A stretch of 64,000 bases of DNA from Camelus dromedarius (Eukaryota). A program made the translations under genes and the position numbers. This document shows positions 26,640 through 39,800 of this stretch, in pieces. Numbering within the stretch: position 1 is the stretch's first letter; each line of letters begins with the position of its first letter. The notes beneath the pieces were generated by a model, which did no database searches, was not told where the DNA came from, and saw only the letters and a list, made by a program, of their open reading frames with translations. The stretch is from assembly GCF_036321535.1 (NCBI RefSeq), contig NC_087447.1, positions 44,456,001 through 44,520,000 on the forward strand. The letters run 5' to 3'.

Positions 26640-27080
26640 GCTGACATTTATTGAGCACTTACTGCGTACCAGCCACCCTGCTAAGTTTTTTGTAGCATTC
26701 TTTCACTTAGCTCTCATATCAGCCATGTAAAGTAGACACTTTATTCCCCATTTTACAGAAGAGGGAACTCAGGCCTAGAAAGATTAAACAGTTTTCCCAG
26801 AATTACACTAAGTGGCAGAGAACTCGAGTCTGTCAGACAACAGAGCCCATCTTCTTAACCACTGTAATAACTGCTCATGCTTGCACACTTATAAAATGCT
26901 TACTGTGTGCCAGACACTGTTCTGACACAGTGTAGTATTATTATTGTCCCTATTTTATAGATGAGGAAATGGAAGCACTGAGAATTTAAGTGGCTTGCCC
27001 AAGGTTACACAGCTAACAAGTGTGACTCTGGGCAAAAACCGAGTTGGTTTGGCCCCAGAGTCCATGTCTTCTCCACTGTC
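26640..27080 (-). mobile_element. Two adjacent MIR SINEs
   Basis: Two antisense cores: CCCATTTTACAGAAGAGGGAACTCAGG and CTATTTTATAGATGAGGAAATGGAAGC. Confidence 0.75.
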
Positions 27081-30000
27081 CTGTCCTGCCTCCCCCTGGT
27101 ATAGTGCCTCCCTTTCCTAGGAGTTAAATAAGCATGTGTTGATGAATGAATCTACACCGACCTCTGGTCTATGGCTAGTTGTTAGTTAATTCATTCTCTA
27201 TCATTTCCCATTGCAGGAGGCATGCTCCCTTTGGACTCTCCTGAAACGATTCTCCCCAAGATCACTAGTGACCCCCTTACTGCCAGAATCAATGACAAAA
27301 AGACAAAAAAAAAAAAATCAGTGGCCACTTCCCAGCTCTCATCGTACTTGACCCCTCAGCAGCATTGACACTATCAATCCCTCCCTCCTTACTGAAATGT
27401 TCCCTCCTTTAACCTCTGAGATACTGCCTCCTTCTCTTTTTCCTTCAAGAAGAGCCAAACTCTCCTCAGATTGCCTCTTAACTGTGACTGTCCCCCACGT
27501 TCTGTCCTAGATTCTCTTTTCACTCTACACATTCTACCTGATGGGTCTCCACACCCATGGCTCTGAGTTACCCCTTGATTGGTCCAAATCCATATCTCCA
27601 ACCCAGACCTCTCTCCTAAGCTCCAGATCTGCAAATCCAACTTTGTCTGGGACATCTCCATGGACAGACCCCAACAGGCCCCCCCCCAAATGGCTTCTGC
27701 TCTGTGGTATCCTAAAGCCACCACTTTAGTAACCCTGGGAGTCGGTCTAGAGCCCTTCCATTCCCTCACCCTTCCCAAAGGGTCAGTGGCCAAGTCTTGC
27801 CAATCTCACCTCTTCACGTCTTTCTTCTCTGTCTCAGTCCTGCTGCTACTGACCTGGGTGTTAGAGGCACCTCACCGCTGGTCTACCTCCTCCCTCTCTT
27901 CTCCAGGCCTCCATTGTCTTTCTAGGACTCTCCCCTCAGCTCCCCGGTAATTTCTTCCTCTCTCCATCTTTCCCTTCTCCCTGAATCTCAAGCAGCATGG
28001 AGTGCACAGTCCTGGGATCAGATCAGGGCTGTGTTACTTCAGGACAGTCATTTCACCCTGGGCCCCGTTTCCTCAGTGAAAGGTGGGATGCCTTTCTCAC
28101 GTGGTTCTTACAGTGATTAAATAAGATACCATTTGTGAATTGCCAGCACATTGAAACCTGAGAAAAGAGACTCTCTCTGCCTTCTCTGCTCACATCTGTC
28201 CTCAGCCTCTTCCTGAGGTGCCTCAGGAGGGAGAGAGCCAGGCCCTGGGCACTGCTCTGACCACCCGTCCATGGGCTCGCCCCAGGGACATCCAAGGAAG
28301 CCAGCTTGTCGGCCTTCTCCCTCCTCCCTTCCTCACACCTCCTCTCCTCTTTCCCCTCCACTCCCCCAGCCCCCCAGCTCTGGCTCCCACCTTTATTTAC
28401 ACTGTCCCCCTCAACTCTCCAGCCTAGCTCTTCCTGCCTCTAACTTACCTCCCGTGTCTGTATGAGCTCCACTCACTCTTCCCTTTGCCTGACAGACACT
28501 CTCCCTCAGTCTTGCTCCCAGTCATCCCCCCACAAGAACTCTCTCTCTTCCTCTCTCCTTTATGCCCGGCCCTGTATCTCTGCCTCCCTTTGCTCACGAA
28601 GGCTACCCTCTTCTTCCTCCACTTCTGTGCCAATCTGCCTTTTGCAGCCCCCTCCTCACCCTGTTGTCTTTCTGGTCCCTGCCCCTCCTGGCCCTGGGAC
28701 AGGAAGTTGAGGGAGGAGGCCTGCAAGGTGCCAGCTCCCCCAGCCTGCTTCCCCTCTGTACCTCGGGCCACTCCTCTACTTCCTCCTGGAGCACCCCCTT
28801 CCCTTGTGGTCCCCTGACTACTCCCCAACAGCCCACCTCTTTCCTCTCCCATGTTCCCCCTGCTCCCAGGTCCTATAGACACACAGGCAGCGGGTGGGGG
28901 CAGTTGACATCACATTGCAGGCCCCAATGAATGGTCTCGCCCCTCCCCCTCCTAATGAGAACCAGCTGTGGTTCCAGAGGCCCAGATGTGGGGCGAGAAG
29001 GGGAGAGCAGGATGGAGCCAGAGGACAGAGTAACAGGACTGGAACAGGGTGAGGGCATGTAGCACAGCAGAACTGGGTGGGAGAGGAGATGTGACCAATC
29101 TAGGGGGAGAAGCAAGATCTGGGCAGGAGGCAGTACAGACTGGAGAAAGACACAAGATGGATGGTTTAGGCCAGATCTCGGGGGAGGGGTGGGACAGACC
29201 TGGAGTCGGGAACAGGGAGGAGGAGCAAGTCTCCAGGAAGAGGCAGTGAGAAACACGGGACAGATAGGGAGACGGTGCTGAGAAGAGAGTTGGAGAGAGG
29301 ATGAGACGGTCTCGGGAGAGAGTCTGGAGTTTGAGTTTGGAACTGGAGGCTCTGGAGCAGGAAGTGATGAGGCACAGTCCAGACAGGCCCGAGGGACCTC
29401 GAGGTCACAGCTGCAGCCGCAGAGCTGACCACGAGTGCCCCAGCAGCGTGTGTGAGAGTGTGCCTGCGTGTGGGGGCGTCTGCGAGCCTGTGTGCATCTG
29501 TGCAGGGGTGGAAGCGGTCTGTCTGGGTGTGTGTGAGTATACACGTGTATATGTGTTGTCGGGGGTGTGTCGGTATCTGTAAGTGTGCCTGTCTGTGTGG
29601 GCCCGGGAGAAAGTGGCTTTCTGGTGTATGTGTCTGTGTGGACAAAAGCATGCCTGCGTGTGTCTATGTGTGCCTGCGTGGAGGGGGTGGGGTTCCAGGT
29701 GAATGAACATGCCCATCTCTGTGAATGATAGCATGCTTCTCTGTACCTGTGAGGAGTAGCCTCTGTCCGTGTGAGCCTGGCTGCATGTGAGTCTGTGCAT
29801 CTGGCTGTGTGTGGGTCTGTGACTTCGTGAGTATGCACCTTTGTGTATCCACTGTGAGAGTGTATTGGGGGAGTTTGCATTGGACAAGAACTAGATTGGG
29901 CACCAGGGTCTACACAGGTTGGGAGAAGGGGCATCTGCCTGGGCCTAAATCCCTCCTCTTCAAGGCTGACCATTCATCTGAGTTTGTTCTCCTACCATTC

Positions 30001-33000
30001 CCACACCCTTTCATTCGGAAAAAGCATCGATTGTGTGCCATGCTCTGTGCTACACACAAAGGTGAACAAGATACTGTCCCAGCCCTCAAACAGCTGACTT
30101 TCTGTCTTGAGTGGGGGATGGAGAAATCTAATACAGAAGGTAGTGAGTACATGGACCTCACTGTCCACTATCTTCCCTCCCTACTCTGCTTTCTCTCCTG
30201 GACTGATTAAATGAATAGGGCCAGCTCTTCACCCTTGACCCCTCAACCAGTTTCTAGGCCTATATCCCTGACCTGGGCCATTGTCCCATCCCTGTACACT
30301 CAGCCTCTCCCCTCTGAGTCAGGCCTATGTTCACTCCCTTCTTGTTTGAATTCCCCTGACCTGTTACTCCATGTGGCAGCTCCACAGCCTTCTCAGACTG
30401 GATCCCTGGGGAGAGGGCTCTTTGTGCACACATGGAACCCTAGAACTCTGCAGCCAGGATGGGGAGACCCATCAGGGATGGTGTTGGGAGCCAAGGAGAG
30501 AGCATCTATCAACTGCCCAGGTCTGGGCTCCTTGTTTCCATTGCTTGTAATTCTCACAGAACCCCACAAGGTAGACATTACCATAGCCATTATATAGATT
30601 AGGAGAATAACACTCAGGCTGGACTCAAACGCAGCTCAAACTCCAAAGTCCCAGCTCTTTCCATTGCCTTGCACAGATGGGAGAGATGGAGGGACAGAAA
30701 CTCATCCCTTTGGAGGGCAGGAGGTCCTGGAGCAGAGCAAATCTAGAAAGCCCCAAGGACACACCTCTGTAGCCACTTCTACAGCTACACTCCTGACTGT
30801 GGTGCCGCAGGGGCACGGGCTCACATGTGTTTGTGCACATCATCTGAGTTGGCGGGTCCGGGGACGTTTCTCCCTGTGTCAGTATGTGAGGGGGGTGGTG
30901 TGCAGTCATGAGACTCTGACCACTCATTCAGCGTGATTGCCAGCGCAGGCGATACCTCTACCAAATGCTGGAGAATCAGACTAACTAAACTTCTGTCCTC
31001 AAAGAGCCTCCAGTTCAGGGTGGAGGGAGGGGAGAGATGGGCAGACACGTGACCAGATCACGGCTGCCTTGCAGCTTGTTGTCAGTGTGCATTAAAAGCA
31101 GAGAGGCCAGTAGAGGGTACAGTAGGCTCTGCAGGGAGGTGAGGGAGATGTTACAGAAGATTCCACAGAAGATGGGACATTTGAACTGGATCTTGAAGTT
31201 TGAGTAGGAGATGGCCACTTGGACAAGACTTGTGGAGGATGTCCCAGGATGAGAGAATAGTGCATACAAGGCAAGGAGTCAGGAGGGAGCAAGGTGATAG
31301 GTTTAGAATTGGAATGCAGGGTGTGGTGGGGGAAGTGAAGAGGTTAGCAGGGCTCGGGTCAGGAAGATATTTATTAAGGAGGTTGGACTTTGTCTTGTGG
31401 CCAGAAGTTCTACACCTAGAGTCCACGTACCCCTTGAACCTGCAGACACAGTTTGGGTGTATGCACATCTGTGCATTTTTGTCCATAGCGGGCTGCAGTT
31501 TCCAGCATCAGTAATGGTGAACGAGTGCAAGCCTTTCGTCAGGAGCGGTTTGGTGAGAGTTGTGAGGATAGCTCTGGTCAGGTGGATGTGGATCAGAGGG
31601 TCCAAGCCAAGAGGCACAGAAGCCAGTAAAGGACTGTGGCAGGAATGGAAAGGAAAGCTGACAGTGCTTGGACTGGGACAGCAGCAGTGGGAAAACAGAA
31701 GACAGGGCAGACATGAGACATGTCTTGTTGAGATGGTCAGGTTTTGAAGACTTACTGGAAATCAGGACTGAAGAAAAGCAAATAAGTCAGGAGAGCTTCT
31801 GAGTGGTGGTGCTGTTCGCAGGAAAGGGAATGGAGGAAGAAAATCAGCTTGAGGTGAAGGTTGGGTTTACATTTTAGGAAGTCCAGTGTATGGGTGGACA
31901 TGTGTCTCCAGCGCTCTGCAAAGCTGGAGATGGAGATTGCAAAGTCATTAGCAAATAGACGGTACATAAAATGATTAATACATTTGAATTGAAGGCATGG
32001 GGATGGATAAGATCACCAAGCAGTGTGGAAAGTGGGAAACAATGCAGCCCAGGACTGAGTCCTGAAGAGCACCAGTTTCTAAGGGCAGAGGAAGAACTTG
32101 CTCAGGAGACCAAGGAGTGGACAGAGAAATACAATGGAAGCAAGAGGTGCAGTGTCACCATGTGAAGCCAGGAGGGGTGGGCTTCAAGAAGCTAGTGATC
32201 AGTGATTTAGTGTTCCAGAATGATCCAGTAAGAAGATAGAAGAGTGTCTATTAGATTTGGAGTATAGCGATGATTGGAATGTCAAGAGAGCAGTGGAAGC
32301 TTCACTGCGTAGATGGAGGAGGGTGTGAGAAGCGAGAAATTGGGGGAAGTGCACCAGCCTTTCAGAGAAGGCAATGTCTCCCCTGTTTCTGCTCTCACTC
32401 AGTCACTGAAGGCCTCATGGGGCTTTATGCCTCTTCCTTCTTGCAGCAGCATTTGAAGCCCCTTAGCCTCAGAGGCACTGTACTTCCCTGGATTTCTTTC
32501 TCCCTCTCTCTGACCAGTTAAGGATGCCTTTGTCCAGCTGATGGTTCAGGACAGAAATTTGCCCATCACCCTTGACTCCTGCCACTCCCTCATCTGCTGC
32601 CTTCAAGCTGTCATCAAGCCCTGCCTGTTCTACCTGTGAAACTCCCGCAGAACTGTCCACTTCTCCCAGTTTCCATTGCTAACATTCCACGTCACCGTCA
32701 AAGCCACACCATCGCCCAGACTCCCCCAGGTGTGTTGTAAGGGCTGTCCTAAGATAACTGGCCCATCTGCATGATCCTCATTTACCAAAGGGCCGCGATC
32801 GTGGTCGTCACAAGATGTGAGTCATACCGTGGCACCCACTCTTAAAATGCTTTCGTGCCTTCCATTTGCCCTCAGCATAAAGTCAAAATCATGGATATGG
32901 CCTATGAGTCCCTGCCCCATTTCATACCCTCTGCCCCCAGCACTCTACACCTCACATACGTTGTCACCTACCCACCCCCAAACACCCTCAGCCCTTTCTG

Positions 33001-33245
33001 GACTGCAGACTCTAAGCCTTTCCCACATTCTGTTCGCTCTTTTGAGTGTTCTTCATTTCTGTACCCCTTTCTCTGCCCACTGTTGTCTAGCTAACACCTA
33101 CATGGATCCTGACTTGAATGTCACTTCCTCAGAGAAGCTCCCTGACCATAGCAAGCCCCTCTTATAGCACTCTGCACTCCTCACAGCCCTTATCACACTG
33201 GCAATTGCTTGTCCAGTTCTTGAATTGTTCTCTCTCTCTTCCCCC

Positions 33246-33248
<3 letters not shown>

Positions 33249-33294
<46 letters not shown>
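33249..33294. repeat. (TA)23 microsatellite preceded by CT and C runs
   Basis: Read directly. Confidence 0.95.
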
Positions 33295-33299
<5 letters not shown>

Positions 33300-33838
33300 A
33301 GAGTGCCTTCAGCATATTTAAATGTTGAAAGAAGGGTCCAGCAGAGGAAAAGGTTGAGTTTCAGGTGAGGTTGCCAAGCACAGGGTTATTGAGGTATGTA
33401 TTGGTCCTGGATGAGAAGAAAAATGAGAAAGGATTGGCCATATGTTTAAGTCTAGAGGTAGAAGGGAGCCCGAGGGCATTCAGACCTCAACAACAGAAAC
33501 AAAACAATCTATGGGCGGGCTCGGAGGTGTCAGGGTGGGATGGGACCTGCCAGGGAGACGGGAGTGGGCCCTGAGGAGCTTCCTGGGCACCATGCAATGT
33601 GAGGCCGCACAAGGGCCCTGCTGGGGGTGCTTAAGTCCTGGTGTGACCTACATCCCAGCCTCCTTGAACCGTTGATTCCTCCTCCATCATGACCTTTCTC
33701 CTTCTGCTTTTATTCCAGGTCAAGGAGCCTGAGCTGGAGCCAGGGTCCAAGTGGGACCTGATCCAAAGCCTGAGATCAAGCTGGGCCTGGAACCTGGCCT
33801 GGAGCTGGAGCCCAAGCCTCAGCTGGACTGCCCCTGCC

Positions 33839-36800
33839 ATGCAGAAGGTGCAAGGCATTGCACCTTCCTGCCCGGGCCTGCGGAGCCCCAGGCCCCTCCC
33901 CCTGCTGTCGTTGCTGCTGCTGCTGCTACTGGGGGCCGGGGTGCCGGGAGCCTGGGCTCAGGCCGGGAGCTTGGACCTGCAGATTGATGAGGAGCAGCCA
34001 GCAGGCACACTGATCGGGGACATCAGTGCAGGGCTTCCAGCAGGCACGGCCGCACCTCCCATGTACTTCATTTCCGCCCAGGAGGGCAGCGGCGTAGGCA
34101 CAGACCTGGCCATCGACGAACACAGTGGGGTGGTCCGTACAGCCCGAGTCCTGGACCGAGAGCGGCGGGATCGCTACCGCTTCACCGCGGTCACTCCTGA
34201 TGGCGCCACCGTGGAAGTTACCGTGCGAGTGGCTGACATCAATGACCATGCTCCAGCCTTCCCACAGGCTCGGGCTGTCCTGCAGATACCTGAGCATACA
34301 GCCCTTGGCACCCGCTATCCGCTGGATCCTGCTCGTGATGCAGACGCTGGCCACCTTGGAACCCAGGGCTACGCGCTGTCTGGTGATGGGGCCGGAGAGA
34401 CCTTCCGGCTGGAGACACGCCCGGGTCCGGATGGGGCCCCAGTGCCTGAGCTGGTAGTTACCGGGGAGCTGGACCGAGAGAACCGCTCACACTACATGCT
34501 GCAACTAGAGGCTTACGACGGTGGTTCACCCCCTCGAAGGGCCCAGACCCTGCTGGACGTGACACTGCTGGACATCAACGACCACGCTCCAGCTTTCAAT
34601 CAGAGCCGTTACCACGCTGTAGTGTCTGAGAGCCTGGCCCCCGGCAGTCCTGTCTTGCAAGTGTATGCCTCTGATGCCGACGCTGGTGCCAATGGGGCTG
34701 TAACTTATGAAATCAACCGGAGGCAGAGCGAGGGTGACGGACCCTTCTCCATCGATGCACACACGGGGCTGCTGCGGCTGGAACGGCCACTGGACTTTGA
34801 GCAAAGGCGGGTCCATGAACTGGTGGTGCAAGCGCGGGATGGAGGGGCTCACCCTGAGCTGGGCTCAGCCTTTGTGACTGTGCACGTGCGAGACGCCAAT
34901 GACAATCAGCCCTCCATGACTGTCATCTTCCTGAGTGCAGATGGCTCCCCACGAGTGTCTGAAGCTGCCCCACCTGGCCAGCTTGTTGCTCGAATCTCTG
35001 TGTCAGACCCAGATGATGGTGACTTTGCCCATGTCAACGTGTCCCTGGAGGGTGGAGAGGGCCACTTTGCGCTCAGCACCCAGGACAGTGTCATCTACCT
35101 GGTGTGTGTGGCTCGGCAGCTGGATCGGGAGGAACGGGATGCCTATAACTTGCGAGTTACCGCCACCGACTCCGGCTCACCCCCACTGCGAGCCGAGGCC
35201 ACCTTCGTGCTGCACGTCACTGATGTCAACGACAACGTGCCTGCCTTTGACCGCCAGCTCTACCGACCAGAACCCCTGCCTGAGGTTGCACTGCCTGGCA
35301 GCTTCGTGGTGCGGGTGATGGCACGGGATCCTGACCAGGGGACCAACGGTCAGGTCACCTATAGCCTGGCTCCAGGCGCCCATACCCGCTGGTTCTCCAT
35401 CGACCCCACCTCAGGCATCATCACCACAGCTGCCTCGCTGGACTATGAGTTGGAACCTCAGCTACAGCTGATTGTGGTAGCCACGGATGGGGGCCTGCCC
35501 CCTCTCTCTTCCTCCACCACAGTGAGTGTGGCCTTGCAAGACGTGAATGATAATGAGCCACAGTTCCAGAGAACTTTCTACAATGCCTCACTGCCTGAGG
35601 GCACCCAGCCCGGAACCTGCTTTCTGCAGGTAGGTAAGCCCCGCACACAGCAGGATGCTGCTGTGGGCAAGGGTGGATCAGAGGGTCACAGGGGACCTCA
35701 AAGCAGGAAGCCAGCCTTACAAGGTTTTTGGTGACTTATGCCAGAGGGTTTGGTCCTATCCTGTGAGCTCCAAAGTCTGTGCAAAGTCTCCAAAGCATGA
35801 AGAATGGGCCAGATAGTCTTGACAGCTGAGGGAATTAAGACTGGATCTAGGAAAAAAGTGTATTGTGGTGTTAGAAGTGAGAGACTAAAGTCTTAACGCT
35901 GTTCTGTAGGGCAGAGATGGAGATTCTGTACACCCACGTGGCTCCTGTTCCCCAAGGGAGATGCCAGGATTTACAAAGTCCTCCAAGCCTAGTCGAGTGC
36001 TGGGCTGTGCTGGAAGACACCTACACCCCTGCCCTTGGAGCTGAGCCTTGATGGGACACTTGGGTTCAGGCAAGAGGATGAGAGATAACAAGAAGTATAT
36101 GAGGTCCCGATGTTCAGAGCAGGGAGACCTCTCAGAGGAAGAGGCAGGAGCCCTGGACAGGCTGGGGGAGCCACAGACTGCCTGCAGGTCAGGCCTGGAA
36201 GAGATGAGGGGGAGCATGCAACTGGGAAGACAGGCCAAGGCCAGACTTCAGAAGTCCTTGGACAGCAAGATGTGAGGAGTTAGGGCTTTACTGGGAAGGC
36301 AGGGGGAGTCACTGAACCTCTCTGAGCCAGAAAAGGGCATGACCAGACTGTTTTGTTTTGGTTTTGGTTTTTTAAAGACAGTAGTTTTGGAGCAGTTTTA
36401 GATTCCTAGTAACATTGAGTGGAAGGTACAGATTTTACATATACCCCCACCCAACTCATGCATAGCCTCCTGCATTATTAACATCCCACTCCAGAATGGT
36501 ACATTTGTTTCAACTGAAGAACCTACATTGATACATCATTATCACCCAAAGTCCATAGTTGACATCAGAGTTCACTTTCGGTGTTATACATCCTATGGGT
36601 TTAAACAAATGTACAGTGGACATACATAACGATGGAACAGTTTCACTCTCCTAAAAATTCTCTGTGCTCTACCTATTCATCCTTCCCTCCCTGCTACAGA
36701 TTGGTTTTTCAGGAAGCTAACTTGCTTTGATGATGAAAGATAGATCAGTGGGTAAGTGATATATTCAAGAATGAACTTACCCACTCTAAGCCTGGCACTG

Positions 36801-39800
36801 TGCTGGGCCCAGGGAACAAAGAAAGGAGAGTCTTTTTCCTAGGCAGATCCCAGTATAGGCAAGGAGACACACCAGTATCCAGTGATGCATCAGATGACAT
36901 ATGAGGTGCTATGGAAGCCCAGAGGGGGGTCCTTTGCAGAATCAGTGAGACTTTTCCAAATGGAAGATGTGCAGCATGTGGACAAGGACTCCAGGCCTGC
37001 AGAAGGAGCTGCAGGACACCATGATGTGTTCATGGGACTGCATTGCTCAGGTTGGCCTCAACTGTGCTGATGAGAAAAAGTTGCAAGGAGATGAGACAAG
37101 AGAGTAGACAGTGACCAGATTACAAGCTTCAACTTTATCATAAACATTACAGGAAGCTGATGAGGGGCTCTAGACAAATCTGATATGTGTTTTAGAAAGA
37201 GTGCTTTGCCTGCACCATGGAGTATGGATGCAGGAGAGGAGGCGGGAGGCAAGGAGGCCTCTTAGGAGATTCATGCTTGAAGTCATTATGTCTCAAAATT
37301 CTACCAATCTTCTTGGAGCTGCCTGTTGGCCTAGACTTTCAGGCCAGTGCCTGGGTCTGGCTGTCTCCCATCTGGCCAGACTCTGGGTATCCATCTGCCT
37401 ACTACTGTCCAGCTCCCACCCACTCTCCCATGTGCTCACTCCTCCTCTTGGCCCAGGACCAATGGGCTGTGGCTTCCAAACTTCTTCCCTCCTCACTAGT
37501 GCCGGAAGCAAGAGGGCATCTCTCCAGGTGGTTTCTTGGAGTTTGTACTAGTAGTAACCATAGAGCAGGAGGGGTAGAATGACCACTGGGTGTTCACAGC
37601 TTTTATAAGAAGTCATAAAATTTGATTCATTCAGTATGCATTTATCAAGTATCTACCATGAGCCAGTCATTGTATTAGGGACACAGAATACAATAATGAA
37701 TGAGTAACCCTCACCTACTACATGGAATTTATAGTCTAGAGGGCAGATTCATGTGCAAAGGAACAGTTTTACTGCGATAAGAAAACTTCCATATGGGTAT
37801 ATACATGAGGTACAGATAGCAGTATGAATGTTCCCAAAGGGAAGGACTGTTGAGCTGAGACTTTAAGGATGAGCAGGAGCTTACAAGGGGACTAGATAAG
37901 GGAAGGGTCCCAGGCAGAGGTGACATGCCGAGACAAGTGGAAGAGCCTGATTGGTCTGACTTGGTCAAGGGCCTGCAGGTGGCTCAGTATGTCTGGAGTT
38001 TAAGGTGTGAGATGGAAGAGTGGGCAGTGAGACTGCAGGAGGCCCAACAGTGAGGAGTCAAGCCAAGCTAAAGAGCTTTACTTTAGGGAACATTGACGAT
38101 TTTTGAGTAGAATAGTATAATCATACTTGTTTTTTTAAACGGTGCTTTTGGTAGTCAGTGTAGAGCAGTGGTTTGCAACTGCTGATGATTTTGCCTTCTG
38201 GAGGGGACATTTGGCAATGTTTAGAGATATTTTTGGTTGTCACAACTGGTGGGATCTATTGGTATCTAGTGGATAGAGGCCAAGGATGCTGCCAAACATT
38301 CTGTAATGCACATGACAGCGCCACAGCAAAGAATTATCTGGTCCAAAATGTCAGTCTGCCCAGGCTGAGAAATCCTGGGGTGGAGGACAGACGAGGGGGG
38401 GTGGGGGTCAGACAGCTGTAAGGAGGGAATTACAGCAGTTCAGGGAGAGACGACTCAGGCCTCCGGCAGGACAGTGATAATGGTGATAGAAAGGAACAGA
38501 CAAATAGAAGGGATAATGAGGCTTTACTTAGTCCCTGGTTGATTGATATACAGGGAGAGGAAAAGGGAAGAACAGATTTCTGGCTTGAGCAGCTTCGTGG
38601 ATGGAAGAGTCATTAGAGAGGGGCTGGAACGATGAGGAGTTTAGTTTTGGACAGGTTGGATTTAAGGTGCCTGTGAGACATCCAAGTGGAGATACTGAGC
38701 AGGCATCTGGATGTACAAGTTTGGAGCACAGAGGGGTGCTCCAGGTCAAAGGACAGACAATGGTCAAAGCCACAGCAGTCGAGAAAGCCCTGAGAGAGTG
38801 TGTAGAGTGAGGAGAGGCCAAGGAAAGAGTCCAGGGAACTAGAGTGTATAACAGGCAGAGTCAGGGGAGGTGGAGGGAGGCTGGGGAGCTGGGAAGCAGT
38901 GGGAGGAGAAGCAGGAGAGCATAGCGTCAAAAAGTCAAAGCAGGAGAGACACCTGGAAAGAGGTCAGGATGGGGAAGATGCAGTGAGTCTGTGATCTGGT
39001 AGGAATTTTCGAGAGTTCACAGATGAAGGCCTTTATTTTCTCCTTGCTGTAGTGTGTTTGATGAGAGCGAGGGGTGGGGTGGGGACAAGAGGAGAGAGGA
39101 GGTTAGCTATAGCTTTCAGACAGAGGTGGAGAGGGGGCTGACCAAGGCTGGACTGTGAAGCAGGGCTGAGAGGCTGCTGGAAATGGAGGCTGCACACTGG
39201 CAGTGCGCCTCTGTGCCCGGGCTGCCACATTTTCTGGCTAAGATTCACTTCTACCTTGGTCATTTCCAGTCAACGGTCCCTGCGTCTTTTGGGGTCACTT
39301 CCTGACAACTTCCCTTTTTCTTCCACTATTTACTGCTTTCTTCCGACAGCGAGTCAAAGGGCAAAGGTCTTTAACAGTTTCTGGAGATGGTGCCGCAGCT
39401 GTGCTGCAGCCGGCAGATTGATGCAGGCGGACGTTTGTCTCCTGGGATATCCGGGCCCACGGCCACAGAAAGGAGTTGGAGCAGGGGCTGTTTCCAGGGT
39501 TCAGCATGGCAGGGCCTTCGTGTCTCTCAGGAGGGTAAACAATGGCACAAATCACTTCTGTCAAGGGCCTGGACAACAATCAGAAGTCCTTGGCTAGGCT
39601 TCTCTCTGAGCCACATTTTCTGGCTAAGAAAGGGGAACTCTCCAGTTTCCTTTTACAGCATATCGTGACCCTGAGGCCCTTGTAGCCACAAAGAGTACTT
39701 TGTCATAGGCTGCAGCAGTCTGCACCAGCTAACCTACTACTGAGGGCTTAATGTGCACCCAATTTATAAAACTTAGTTTGAAAGAAGTTTTTGTTGTAAG

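Noticed and set aside
28873..29973. 366-aa minus-strand ORF
   Set aside because: His/Thr- and Pro/Ser-rich translation of GT- and GA-rich low-complexity DNA; no domain.
33689..33718. Upstream ATG giving a signal-peptide-like MTFLLLLLFQ
   Set aside because: This is the polypyrimidine tract of the exon 2 acceptor. The real start is ATG 33839.
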